From: Camelus dromedarius
Lineage: Eukaryota
DNA length: 64,000 nucleotides
Direction of reading: 5' to 3'
Assembly: GCF_036321535.1 (NCBI RefSeq)
Contig: NC_087437.1
Location: forward strand, 54,190,001 to 54,254,000
Shown here piece by piece: positions 25,580 through 37,005 of this stretch. The position numbers were made by a program, and so were the translations under genes. The first letter of the stretch is position 1. Each line of letters begins with the position of its first letter. A model generated the notes under the pieces. The model had not been told where the DNA came from and did no database searches. It worked only from the letters and a program-made list of their open reading frames with translations.

Positions 25580-26839
25580 GAAACACACACATGAGCATAT
25601 TCAGATAAAAACAAGTAATCCCAACCAAAATGCTCACAGGCATCCTGTAAGTCCTCCCACCCTGGAAGGATCTGCCTCGTCTTGTGGTCCTTGCACGGTT
25701 GCTGGAGCCTGATTCATACTTAACTATTGTTTGGACCAGACCACCCACAGCGAGAGACCATCTCCAGGCCAGCCAGGATCCCTTCACTGGAAGTTTCCAG
25801 GGCTGCAACACACATACCCCAGGGCCATGCTTTCCCCTAGCAGGTGGAGTCCAGAGGCTCAGTGCAATGAGTCCCAGACAGCAGACTCAAGAGCAAGGTG
25901 CAGGGCTATGCTGTGAAGAGAACCCTGCGATGATACGGTGCTCTAGAAAGCACCCCATTCCCATTAGAACCATATCTCCTCACTATACATGGATTGTGCT
26001 TTGCCTGCCTGAGCCCTGCATGAACGATGTATTATTAATTTATTTCAGTAGTGAAGACACTGAAGTTTAGAGAAGCTTACTAGCCTGGCCTGCCTTAGAC
26101 AGTGAGTGACGCAGCTTGGATCTAAAGCCCAGATCTTCTGACTCCAAAACCAACGTCCCCCTCATTCTCAAATCTGGGCCTCAATACGTGATGTGAGTCT
26201 CAGTTCTCATTGTGACTCAGGTGGTGAGTCTCACTGATGAGGTTTGCTGTTCTCACTTAACAGGTGGAGAAATTGGCTCCAAAAGTCAAGACAACCACAG
26301 TCCTGGGGCCATCTGGCCCTCCTGTCTCCTGCCTGGTCCCTGTTGTGGGATATCTCCCTGGAGAGGAGGGAACAGTGAACCAGAGCAAGCTCAACAAAGA
26401 CTCAGAGCAGACCGTGCACTCCCTAAGAGGGCTGCAGACAAATGTTTTGGGTGCTTCTGCTGAGAACCACCCCTGGGGAGTCCCAGTCCCGGGCCAGCAC
26501 GGGAGTGTAATGTATGTTTAGAGGTCATGTCTGCTTCCTTTTCGATGTTGTCGCCTGTGATCTTCCTTCTAGTCTAGGTCAGGATATCAGTTACGATTGG
26601 CCAGGCATAGAGTCCTACTTTAGAATGTCCACCTGTTGTTAGCCGTGTGGTTTCTTTGAAGAAAAGCGCGGACAGGGCAAGGTGGGGAGGAAGTGGGTGA
26701 GAGGGGGCAAACACACACACGCTGGCATTGTCTCCTGTCTGTTCTTGGAAAGGGTTGTAGAGCATCTTACACTGATTCTGGCCTGTTCCTTTCACTGTGT
26801 ATAGAGCAGAGTCAGAGACGCTAATGGGAGGTAATAGCA

Positions 26840-27200
26840 GGCAGACACATTCGGAGACTGTTGCAGAAACCCAGATAGGATACGAAGGAGACTTAGAAGC
26901 AGCATTAGGGTCAGGAAGTGGACACAGGCCAGAGAAAGATTTCAGAGGAAGAATCAACCAATCTTAGGGACCAGATGAAGGAGAGAACAGTGAGAGGAAG
27001 GAGTTTGGGATGACTTCTGGGTTACTGTCTCAAGTAACTGGGTGAACAGGTGAGAACAGGGCTAAGGACCACAGAAGAAGAAGAAAGTTCGGGTAGAATA
27101 TGATGAGCTTAATCTTTTATATGCTGAGGTTACATATCTGGGGAATATTCTCATGAAGCTGACAAGAAGGCAAGATGCTCGGAAGAGAGGTCCTCTGACT
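26840..27200 (-). mobile_element. L2 fragment
   Basis: GGAGACTGTTGCAG...GATGACTTCTGGGTT...GTAACTGGGTGAA antisense L2 motifs. Confidence 0.55.
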
Positions 27201-29221
27201 TCACCCTAAGAATTCACAGACATTGCTACAGCCACCGCTGCCACTGCAGACACGATAAGGAGGGATTTGGGAAGGAGTAGGCTGTGTTTATGGAGTTCAT
27301 GATGAATAAAGGGAGGACCCTGGGTAGGAGTAAGTAGGCCTCTCTGATTCCCTTACCGTCCTTTATTTTCATAGATTGTTTGGTAGACAAGTACTGATGT
27401 CACATTGGAAGTGTCATAATGGAATGACTTGAGCATCTTGAGTTAGGAGGTCTGGATTTGGTGTTACAAATTCTTAACTGTGTGATCTGGGGCAAAACAC
27501 TTAACTTTCCTGATCTTCTTTCTTTCTTTATAAAATGGTTGTCTTATGAAATGCTGTGTAAATTGTAACAGCTGTTCTTGGGTAAATGATTAGTTTAATA
27601 TGTCATACCAATAAGCAACTAATTTTGTAACTGAAATCAAATGCTTACCAATTTGAGAAGCTAGAGCTTTAAGGAGGAAGTGCTAACAAATTGGAAAAAC
27701 CCAGTGAATTTTTTTAGAGCAAATTATAGGAAACCCTCAGAGCTCCAGCATCCTGTAGTGATGTCTTTAGGGAAAGGAAGATGCAAGAATGGAAGTCAGG
27801 GGATGTCCCACCAGCCTCCTTACTCCCCCTCCCCCCGACTAGCAGCGGTGATGTTTGCATGTGGAATGAATCTCTACGCTCTTGTGGATGCTGTGTTTGC
27901 TGCTCTGGTGCAGCTCTATGTCACTTTGTTATCCTTGGATCTCCCACAGGGTTTTAGTTTGTCACCTTCTTGGGCACCAGCTGCTTATGATTGCTTAACA
28001 AGCAATCACTTCACCATCAACTCTTGAGGCAATAAAAGGGACAGAAGGCACAGACTTCAGTTTAATGAAAACCCAATTGTTTACTGGGCTCCTTGGTCTT
28101 TGGGGGCACTGTGCCAAGCGATGGAGAGAGAATGCTGAACCGAGCAGTCAAGGTCTCTGCCCTCAAGAAGCTTTTACTCTACCAAATTTCTGAGCTGGAA
28201 GAGATCTTAGAGACTGGGTGGATATATGGGAGAAGAAACATGGGCTGAAAAATAGAGGCCTGAACGTGGAGTGATAATTTGATCTGTCCCTCACAACCAA
28301 TACAGCCTTAGACGAGCTCATGTTCCTGCCAAAGGAGAATGTTAGAAATAAGAACTACCTTCCTTACAGCACGCTGGGAAGAAAAAGATGAGGATGGGCC
28401 TTATCGTTGGCAAAGTCCTGGACAAATAAACGTTATTAGAGAGATGTTTCATTAAAAAAAAAAAAAAAAAAAAAAAGGAAGAAGAAGCAAGGAAGAAGGG
28501 AAGAGTATCTTCAGCCTTGATGGGGATATCTGTTAAAAAAACAAAAACAAAAACAAAAAACCCACTAAACGCTGAACAATCCCTTTCCTGAGTTTCCTAC
28601 CCCGTCTTATCCCTATCCACACTGGTCTTCTGTTACCAGACTGTGAATCAGTCGAGGTGGTAGTATAATTTGTGCAACATATACCAAAATTACTTTGAGA
28701 AAAGGGGACTTTCTGTGGGCACGTGTATTTTGAAAAGAACTCCAAGAAACATAAAAACACATACGCACTGGAGGTTGTTGCTCCATGCTTGTTTTTGTTA
28801 ACAGAGCCCTCCGTGGGGTCCCTGCAGCCTCACGCCTCCCAGAGCTTCTGCAGTGCAGGCTCCAGCTGAGCGGAGAATCCTGGTGTGACAAAACCCAGAG
28901 GGAGCAAAGAAGGGAAGGTGTGTGGAGATGATTAGATGTTGCAGGACAAACAATAACATTTGTGTTCACTCAGATCTGAAGTCAGGAGGTAGCAAATTCC
29001 TCGGGTGGACAAGGAAGAGTGGTTGTTTCATACCAAAAAAACTTATTTTAAAGTATACTTCTTTTTTCCAAAAATTTTCTCTCACGTATCTGAAAAATGA
29101 AATGCATGTTTTTCTAATTTAAAAAAATGCCTTTATTAGACTATTATGAAGTAGATGGAACATGGACTTCAGTCATTTAAAGCCATATTGCTAAAGTTTA
29201 TATACATTTTTGCCTTTGAAA

Positions 29222-29685
29222 TATATTTATTTTAAATTGAAGTCTAGTTGATTTACAATGTCGTGTTGGTTTCTGGTTCACAGCACAGTGATTCAGTTAT
29301 ATATATATTCCTTTTCATACTGTTTTTCGTTATAGGCCATTACAAGGTATTGAATATAGTTCCCTGTGCTCTACAGCAGGACCTTGCTGTTTATCTATTT
29401 TATATATATAGTTAGTATCTACAAATCCCCAGTTCCCGATTTATCCCTCCCCACCTCCCCCTTTACCTGCTGGCAACCGTAAGTTTGTTTTCTAGGTCTG
29501 TAAGTCTGTCACTGTTTTGTAAATAAGTTCATTTGTGTCCTTTTTTTGGTTTGCTTTTTAGATTCCACGTATGTGATATCATATGGTATTTTTCTTTCTT
29601 TCTGGCTTACTTCACTTAGTATGACTAGTATCATTTTGTATCTCCAGATCCATCCATGCTGCTGCAAATGGCATTATTTTCATCT
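29222..29685 (-). mobile_element. 5'-truncated L1 3' UTR (cetartiodactyl type)
   Basis: AATTGAAGTCTAGTTGATTTACAATG...GTTCCCTGTGCTCTACAGCAGGACCTTG...CATCCATGCTGCTGCAAATGGCATTATTT; similar to the 10.6-kb element. Confidence 0.9.
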
Positions 29686-29849
29686 TCAGTGTACCTCTTT
29701 GGTGTTGGGTTTGAGAAAGTAAAACCTATAGGCATGTTGTTAAAAGAAAGGGCAAGTGGCATTTCGTGAGCACCTACCATGTGCCATGCACTATGTGACA
29801 CATTTTCTGCATACATTGTCTCCTTTTCTCATTAATCCTCACCACTATG

Positions 29850-30222
29850 CTCTCTCTCATCTAGATCTTTGAACAGGAGAATCCTTTGGCCCAGCACATT
29901 TTTTTCAGATCCCTTCTGCTCCCTCAATTAACATTTGCTCCTTCTCACTCCCCTGGTCCCATGGATAACTCTTCCCCATCAAGATTCAGCCTGGCCCAAG
30001 GTTGCCTAGGTTTTCTGCTCCATGCTCTTTTAATCTCCAGTCCTTCCTTACTCGTGCATTGCCACAGAGCATGACATTAGACTGCAGTGGATTTCCCTTA
30101 TAAAGTGTAAGTTCCGTGAGGACAGGGGCCGTGTCTCTTTCCACTATGAGCTTAGCGCATATGGCAGTTCTCAGCACATAGAATGCCCCCCACGATGTTG
30201 GCTGAAGGAGCAAATAAATGAG
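29850..30222 (+). mobile_element. L2 3' end
   Basis: TGTAAGTTCCGTGAGGACAGGGGCCGTGTC...CAGCACATAG...TGTTGGCTGAAGGA. Confidence 0.6.
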
Positions 30223-30893
30223 CTATGTATGAGCTAAGTATTATTAGTCCTCAATTTTCAGAAAAGAAAAATGAGGCTCAGAGAGGGTTAGTAAGTGGTC
30301 ACACTATAGTAGATGTTTGTTTTGTTAGGTCTAGGATTTGAACCAGCTTGTCAGACTGTTCTTGCTCTTACTATCGACAAGAATGGGTCCTCCCTGATGT
30401 CCCACTGCCTGTCCTCTCTGGCTTCACTTTGTCATCCCATAGTGGTAGAACATGGATGAAAAAGAGAGGCCCCAGAGCATCTAAGGCCAACCAATGGTGC
30501 AGGAGCCAGCTATAACCTTGAGCCCAAGAGCCTCTGCGAGGAACAGAGAATTGAGGTCGATAACATTCAACATGGGTTTTCTGAGTGCTGTATGTTTCCC
30601 CTGTGCTGTAAGCTGTGGGGAGTGTGGAGACAGGCACCAGATCTCTCTTGACTCTCAGGCTGTTTCCGGGCTCTCCAGCGGTGCCAAGATGACACACACA
30701 CGTAGGTGAAACAGCCTCAAGTCAGAAAGGTCCCTGGCTGGAGTCAGAGGGCCTGCCTCTGCCTTTCTCTACCTGTGACCTTTGGAGAGCCACTTGCTTT
30801 CCTCTTAGAGCTTCAGTTTCCTCACCTGCAGAATTTAGCCAATGGACTAGAACCAGGGCAGTCAGCAGATCAGATGTGGTTTTGTCCTGCTGG

Positions 30894-31248
30894 TATAATA
30901 TGGATTGAATTGTGTTTCTCCCCAAATTCCTAGGTTGCAGTACTAACTCAAAGCATCTCAGGATGTGGCCTTATTTGGAGATGGGGTCTTTATAGAGAGA
31001 ATCAAGTTAAAATGAGATCATTAGGGTGGGCCCTAATCCAACATGACTGGTGTTTTTAAACACACATGCGTGCAGGGAGAAGGCCATGTGAATTTGAAGA
31101 CTGCCATCTACAAGCCAAGGAGAGAGGCCTGGGGCAGACCCTTCCCTCACAGCCTGCAGAAAGAACCAGCTCTGCCAACACCTTGACAATAAATTTGTTT
31201 AGCCACCCAGTCTATAACTCTGTTATGGCAGCCCTAGCAAACTAGACA
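30894..31248 (+). mobile_element. MaLR LTR (MLT1B-like)
   Basis: TATGGATTGAATTGTG...CCTTATTTGGAGATGGGGTCTTT...GGGTGGGCCCTAATCCAA...GTTATGGCAGCCCTAGCAAACTA. Confidence 0.85.
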
Positions 31249-31516
31249 CTGTGGTTGTTTTTAATTTAAACACTTTTGGGTTTTTCACCATATTCCTCAC
31301 CAGTTTCTATTTTCTTCCACCCAGCTGCTTGGCCCGTTTACTTTCTCAACTGGTTCTCCTGGCAATTAAGTCTGTCTTCCCTGGATAAAGACTATCCCAA
31401 AGGTCTCCTTGAGTGCTCACAATTCATGGCTATTCCCTGAAAGTCTTTAAAGCCGAAGAAGCAAGGGTCACATTCCACAAGAAGTCTATTTCAGAACCTG
31501 GTAAAGCAGACTAAAG

Positions 31517-31699
31517 CCAGCGGTGTTTAATAATCAGTGCTTGAGGGGAGAAAGGGGGAAGCCCTGACTTGCAGTATTTGTCAATTTCTCACCATGGCCA
31601 ATTTCAAGCTTTTGGCTTGAATTTGTTGAAAGGAGAGATGGGAGGAGATGTGTGCCCTTGGCTTCAGGAGGTGGTGGGAGCTGCTCCAGCACAGGACTG
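31517..31699 (+). mobile_element. MER63-like (hAT-Blackjack) MITE
   Basis: AAGCCCTGACTTGCAG...CACCATGGCCAATTTCAAGCT...GCTCCAGCACAGGACTG. Confidence 0.7.
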
Positions 31700-33299
31700 C
31701 CACTGCCTTCCCAGCGCCCTAGATTTGAGGCACAGAGCTCTTTGCACCTGAGGACCTAACACCTGAGCTCTTTAAATCACCTGAGCTGAACATCAAGAAA
31801 CCAGGGTCCTAATCCCACCTCTTCTTTTGACTCACTGAGTGAATCGGGATAAGCCTCTAGGCTTCGATGACCATCATTTGTAAAATGAAAAGGTTTGAAC
31901 AAATTAGGGGCTTACAGGTTTGGTAGCTTGGCTTCTGCACCACTGAGAGTGGAGAGGAGGGCAACAAGTATACTGGGCCCCCCAGCCGCTCTTCAGCCAA
32001 GGCACTGTGCCTTTATATACTTCATACGTTGAGGGTATAGATCAGGTTTGTATGGGGAGAAAAAGGAGGAAGTTCCACTGCTGAAAAGAAAGGAGTGACT
32101 TCTGAGGTCCCTGTGCCTGAAGTGGTCTGTGCTCTTCTGCGATTCTAGGCCAGAAGTCTCAGCCTCACCCACAGACTTTAGAAAGGAAGCACAGGCAGGG
32201 CACAGCTGGGGGAAAAGGGCCAACGGGGCGACCAGCTCCAAATACAAGACAATGGATGGGGACAGGCCAAACCACTGGATGGGCCCCAGCAACACCACAC
32301 ATTTTCGGAGCGTGTTTCTTCCAGAGGGCTCTTCTGACAATTTCTGTGAAGGGAGGAATATTTTTACCTGCTCTTGGATGGCTTCCAGGTCTGGGGTGGA
32401 AGGTGGCAGCTGTTTCACAGCCCACAGTAACACAGCACGGCAATTAGGGCAGGAAGTGAGGCAGGCTGCATGGCACGGACACGGGCCCGGGGGAATCGAG
32501 GCCGAGAGAACGCAACACCTCTGGATTGAACTCAGCCTTCTGCCCCAGATGGATGTCCTCCACCACTGGCAGGGCACCTGGGAGAGCAGGGGCTGGTTTC
32601 TATGAAGGAGAGTCCTTTCAACTGTGGCCCAGTGTAGAGACTGCGGAGCAAGGACAGGACAAGGGCGGGAGGATGCCATCCTCACTGTGCTTGGGAATCG
32701 TGTGTCTGGCAGCAATGTGGAACACAGGCTGACGGGGATGGCTGGGTCAGGGGACCAGGTAGCAGATTACAGGGACTATCTAGGCAACAGGTCATACACA
32801 TTTGCCTTGGTTAGGAAGAGTGGCAAGGATGGAGTTTGTTCTCAGAGGACCAGACACTTCATACAGAGGATGCCTTCTTGCTCAGACCTCCCTTTTATGG
32901 ACACTTCCAACCTCTCTGTTGTCCTCTGGGGTGGCCTCTGGGCTTGGCAGTTCTTCTGATTGAGGGAAAAACAGACTTTTCTTTTGTATTTCTTTCATGC
33001 CATATTTATACTTGTGCACAGAATAGGATTGAGTAAACATCATTCCAGGAACCTCAGGCCATGGAATGGGAGTCACATCTTCCACCTGGGTTTAATAATC
33101 CTGCCAAGAAGCAGGACCCTTGAGAGAATTTGGATCTATTTTAAAAGCAGCTCAGTCTCCGTCCGTCTGTCTGTCTCTCCACACTTGGGCAGGGGAGTTT
33201 GTGAAGCTGCTGATGGGATTCTAGTGCAGTCAAAGGATTTGCCGGCTTCAGGGGGGCTTTAACCATTGATTTTTGGGTCAAGGAAACTGTGTTGGCTCC

Positions 33300-34012
33300 A
33301 CATTTGACATATAGATCCAGAATCTTATCACTTTTCACGCCCTGCAGCTGTTCCTCCTGGACTGTGGCAATCACCTCCTACCTGGTCTCCCTGCTTCTCC
33401 CCTTGTGCTCCTTGGTATAATTTCAGACTAACCCTTGCAGAATGCGCATGGGGTTGTGTCACTCACTCCTCTGCTGAAATCCCTGCCTTGGTGTCCCATT
33501 TCTCCCAGAGAGAAGTCCCAGGGCCTCCCAGTAGCCTTCCAGGCCCCACAGGATGTGGCTGTGCAGTGTCTCCCTGACCTGACCTACGACCCCCTCTTGG
33601 CCTCAGCCCGACCACAGAGCTCCAGCCACGCAGGCCGCCTGGCTGCTCCTGGCATATGTTCCTGTTCAGGCCTTTGCTCGCCCCTGGCAGACTCTTCCCA
33701 GGTATCTGCTTGGGCAACCCCTCTCTCCCCTCCTCTCAAAGTCTGCTCAGTCAGGCCCACCTTGACTAGTGATGTATCAGCTTCCAAGTCGCTCCCCACC
33801 ACCCCAAACCTGGGACACCTGCTCCCCTTCACGCTACTCGACTTTCCTCCCCCATAGACTTAACACCTCCTAACACGACAGACACTTTTCATATTTCTTG
33901 TGTTGATTAATATTTGTCTCTGCCTGCTGGGGTGTCAGCTCCACTAGGCAGCCAGCGTCCTCTCTTGTTCACGGAAGTTTGCCTGCCTCGTGGTGAGCCC
34001 AGATGAATGAAA
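33300..34012 (+). mobile_element. L2 (L2a-like) 3' region
   Basis: CCTGGACTGTGGCAATCACCTCCTACCTGGTCTCCCTGCTTC...GTCACTCACTCCTCTGCTGAAATCCCT...GATGAATGA tail. Confidence 0.8.
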
Positions 34013-34204
34013 GAGCATGCAGTCACGGAGAACGTAAGCTCTTCCTTAAGCATTTTACTTTGAAGGGATTTCAAATTTACAGAGGAGTCACAGAAGTAGT
34101 ATAAAGGGTTCAAATATACCCTTTGCAGAGATGTGTTAGTATTTTACGATCATGCTTCATTTGGAAATATTTGATGTTGTTAATATTAGCATTCATAATG
34201 ATAG

Positions 34205-34546
34205 TAGTACCAAAATTCACATACTGAAATCCTAACCCCCAAGGTGATATTAGGAAGCGGGGCCTTTGGGAGGCGATTGGGTCATGAAGGAGAAGCTCTC
34301 GAGAATGGGACTAGTGACCTTATGAAAGAGGCTCCCAAGAGATCTCTTGCCCCTTTCGCCCTCTGAGGACACAATGAGAAGGTGCCGTCTGTGAACCAGG
34401 AAGTGGGTCGTCACCAGAACGCCACCAGGCTGGCGCCTTTATCTTGGACGTCCCACCTTCCAGAACTGTGACAAATAAATATCTGTTCTCTGTGAGCCAC
34501 CCAATCTGTGATCTTTTATTAGAGCAGCTCGAGCAGACTAAAACAC
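34205..34546 (+). mobile_element. MaLR LTR (MLT1A-like)
   Basis: CCAAAATTCACATACTGAAATCCTAACCCCCAAGGTGAT...GGGGCCTTTGGGAGG...CCAGAACTGTGACAAATAAAT...GACTAAAACA. Confidence 0.85.
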
Positions 34547-35939
34547 TTGTGTAGAACCCTCTAGGTGTGCCAAAGGCCTTATTTACTTGTTTTTCACGCA
34601 TTAGACTGCCAGTCACTCTCCACCTCTCCAAGGCGAGGCAGGGAAAGGCTGCTGCACCCACGAACCCGAGAGCAGAGCGAGGCTCATCACGCTCAGGCGG
34701 CTTGCTGCCCAAGGTCATGCCACTGGAAAGAACAGGGGCAGAGCTGGGGGTGGAGCCGAGGTTCTCTCACTCACTGGTGGGCACTGGCTCGCCTGCTGGG
34801 GCTGCCCGTTCACAGCCCGACTCCCTCTCCTCTGCTCCTCCCGTGGCGGCTGCCTGGGCCAGGAGGGACTCTCTGACAAAGTGAAGAGGGCAGCTGCCTC
34901 ATCCAGGCCGGGCTGCCCTCTGAACAGCTGGGAGCAGCACCACCAAGGCCGTGAGTCACCACATTCTTGCCCTCTCGGCGCACGTGGTCCCTTCACTCAG
35001 AGCCTCTGTCCTTTGCCCGCAGTGGCTGTGTGGGGATGGGCTGCCAGCCTGGGCCTGACCGCAGGGTCCTCAGGCGCCCTCCAGCCTGGTGACTGAGATG
35101 CCATCTGGCACCACCACAGCTGCTGGGCCTCCGCCTGGCCCCGGGGAAGCGTGAGGATGGGTGAATGATGAAGGTAGGGGAGAGACTTCCTGCCTCTGGT
35201 CCAGGCTCCATTGCTGCCTAGATGGGACAGGCTACTGAGCCTCTCCCAGGCCCCAGCTTCCTCACCTGTAAAGTGGGGAGAATAAGTAGTTCTGAAATGG
35301 ACCATGCTTTCTTGATCCTGCATCGTCTCAGCCCGTGATTCCTCTTCAGGGAAGACATCTCAAGCCCTGATCCCCCAGTAGGAAAACTGCTGGGCATGGG
35401 GACCCATCAGTAGAGATAAAGGAGGGGCAAGAAGTGTCAAAAGGAGAGAGAGCTGATGTAGACACTGCTGCTAGGATTAAATGAGTTACTATAGGTAAAG
35501 CACTATAAGTGGTCAGCGGTCAAAGAGTATTTGCAATAACAGTGGTAAGAAGGGCATCTTCCCTGGAGTCTCCCTCCACGTCTGCCACTCTCCCCAGGCC
35601 AGACCTCCTTTCCTCCCTTCTGAAATTCTGCAGTAGACTCTGGTCACCTGGACCTCCCTTTTCCAACCCAGTCTGCCTGCTGCAGTCAGAGAAATTTTCC
35701 TAAAACACAGTTGTGCCACATGTCCCTCTCCTGCTCAGAATCCTTCAGTGGCCCCCTGCAGCCTCCTGAGTTGGGTTCAAATGCCTCTGCCTGGCAGTCA
35801 GTCCCCTCAACAAACAAAGCCCCAGCTATCTCTCCCACTGCATTCCATCTGCCCACACCTGTCTAGTGCTTCAGGAACCTATCCCTTGCTTCCCTCTAGG
35901 CAGGAGCAAGCTGTCTCTCCCTTGCTGAGAGAGATGAGA

Positions 35940-36150
35940 TGTTACAGTAGTTAAGAGATCAGATTCTGGGGTTAGAAAACCTGAGTTTGAATCCTGTGTG
36001 GCCTTGGGTAAGTTGCATAACCTCTCTGAGCTTCAATTTCCTCATCTATAAATGAAGATTTAATAATGGCATCTCTTATAGGGATGGTTGTGAGGATAAA
36101 ATAAAAGCAACTGATGTACAATGAATATCAATAAATACCTCTCATTATTT
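35940..36150 (+). mobile_element. MIR SINE
   Basis: GTAGTTAAGAG...GAGTTTGAATCC...AACCTCTCTGAGCTTCAATTTCCTCATCTATAAATG. Confidence 0.85.
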
Positions 36151-36822
36151 AACCCTTCGGATGAACACGTCCTCCCTACCTCATGCCCATCCCTTTCGTC
36201 TACTAACACCTTCCTACCTGACGGCACCCTGCCTATTCCTCTCCTTCACACCCCTTCTGAGGCACTCCCTTCTTTCTTTCCCTTCATAAGGTGGTAACTT
36301 GATTGTGTTTATTTTTCCACTCTGACTGCAAAGTCCTTGAGGGCAGGGAGGAATCTGTCTCTCAGGTTCAGAGGTCTCTGTATCTCAGGATCTAGGACAG
36401 CTCCCAGCACCTAGAAGTTCTCAGTAGGGATGTGTTGAGTGAAGGAACAAAGGAATGAGATCACAGAAGGCTCAATCAACGAAGGCATGAATAGTTGAAG
36501 TGCGGAGAAGCATCCTGGTGACCTGGGGGTGTGATGCAACTTCCCCGAACGGGGAACACAGGCTGGCTGTGATGGACCCTAGGTTAGGAAGCTCGCCTTT
36601 GATCACTGTCCCAGGGGTAAAGCCACCCCAGGGCTCGGGCTGGAGAGGCCTCTGTATCCAGGCCCTGTTTTGCCGGAGCAGGTGCAGGGTGTGATGAACC
36701 AGGCCTGGCCAAGGCGAGGAGGGGCTGGCAGAGAGTGGGGCTCTATTCTATCTTGTCTTGAGTTACTAAAGTATCTTGGAGGAGTGACCTCTCCTGGCTC
36801 TGAAGGGAAAATTGGGCTAGAT

Positions 36823-37005
36823 CAGTGGTTCTTAAAGCTTGTCCCAGAACAGCAGTATTGGGGTCCCCTGGGAGCTTGTTAGAAATACAGACTATCAGTC
36901 CCACCATGAAATACTGAGTCAGCAGCCTTGGGGAGGGACCCAGCCGTCTGTGTTTTCTCTAGCCCTCCAGGAGATCTGAGGCTCGCTTAGGTTTGAGGAA
37001 CACTG
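36823..37005. mobile_element. MER5A (hAT-Charlie) MITE, full length
   Basis: TIRs CAGTGGTTCTTAAA / TTTGAGGAACACTG; perfect 8-bp TSD GGCTAGAT at 36815-36822 and 37006-37013. Confidence 0.9.

Noticed and set aside
31993..32715. 240-aa minus ORF and overlapping 158-aa plus ORF
   Set aside because: GC-rich stretch where stops are rarer; no family resemblance in either frame
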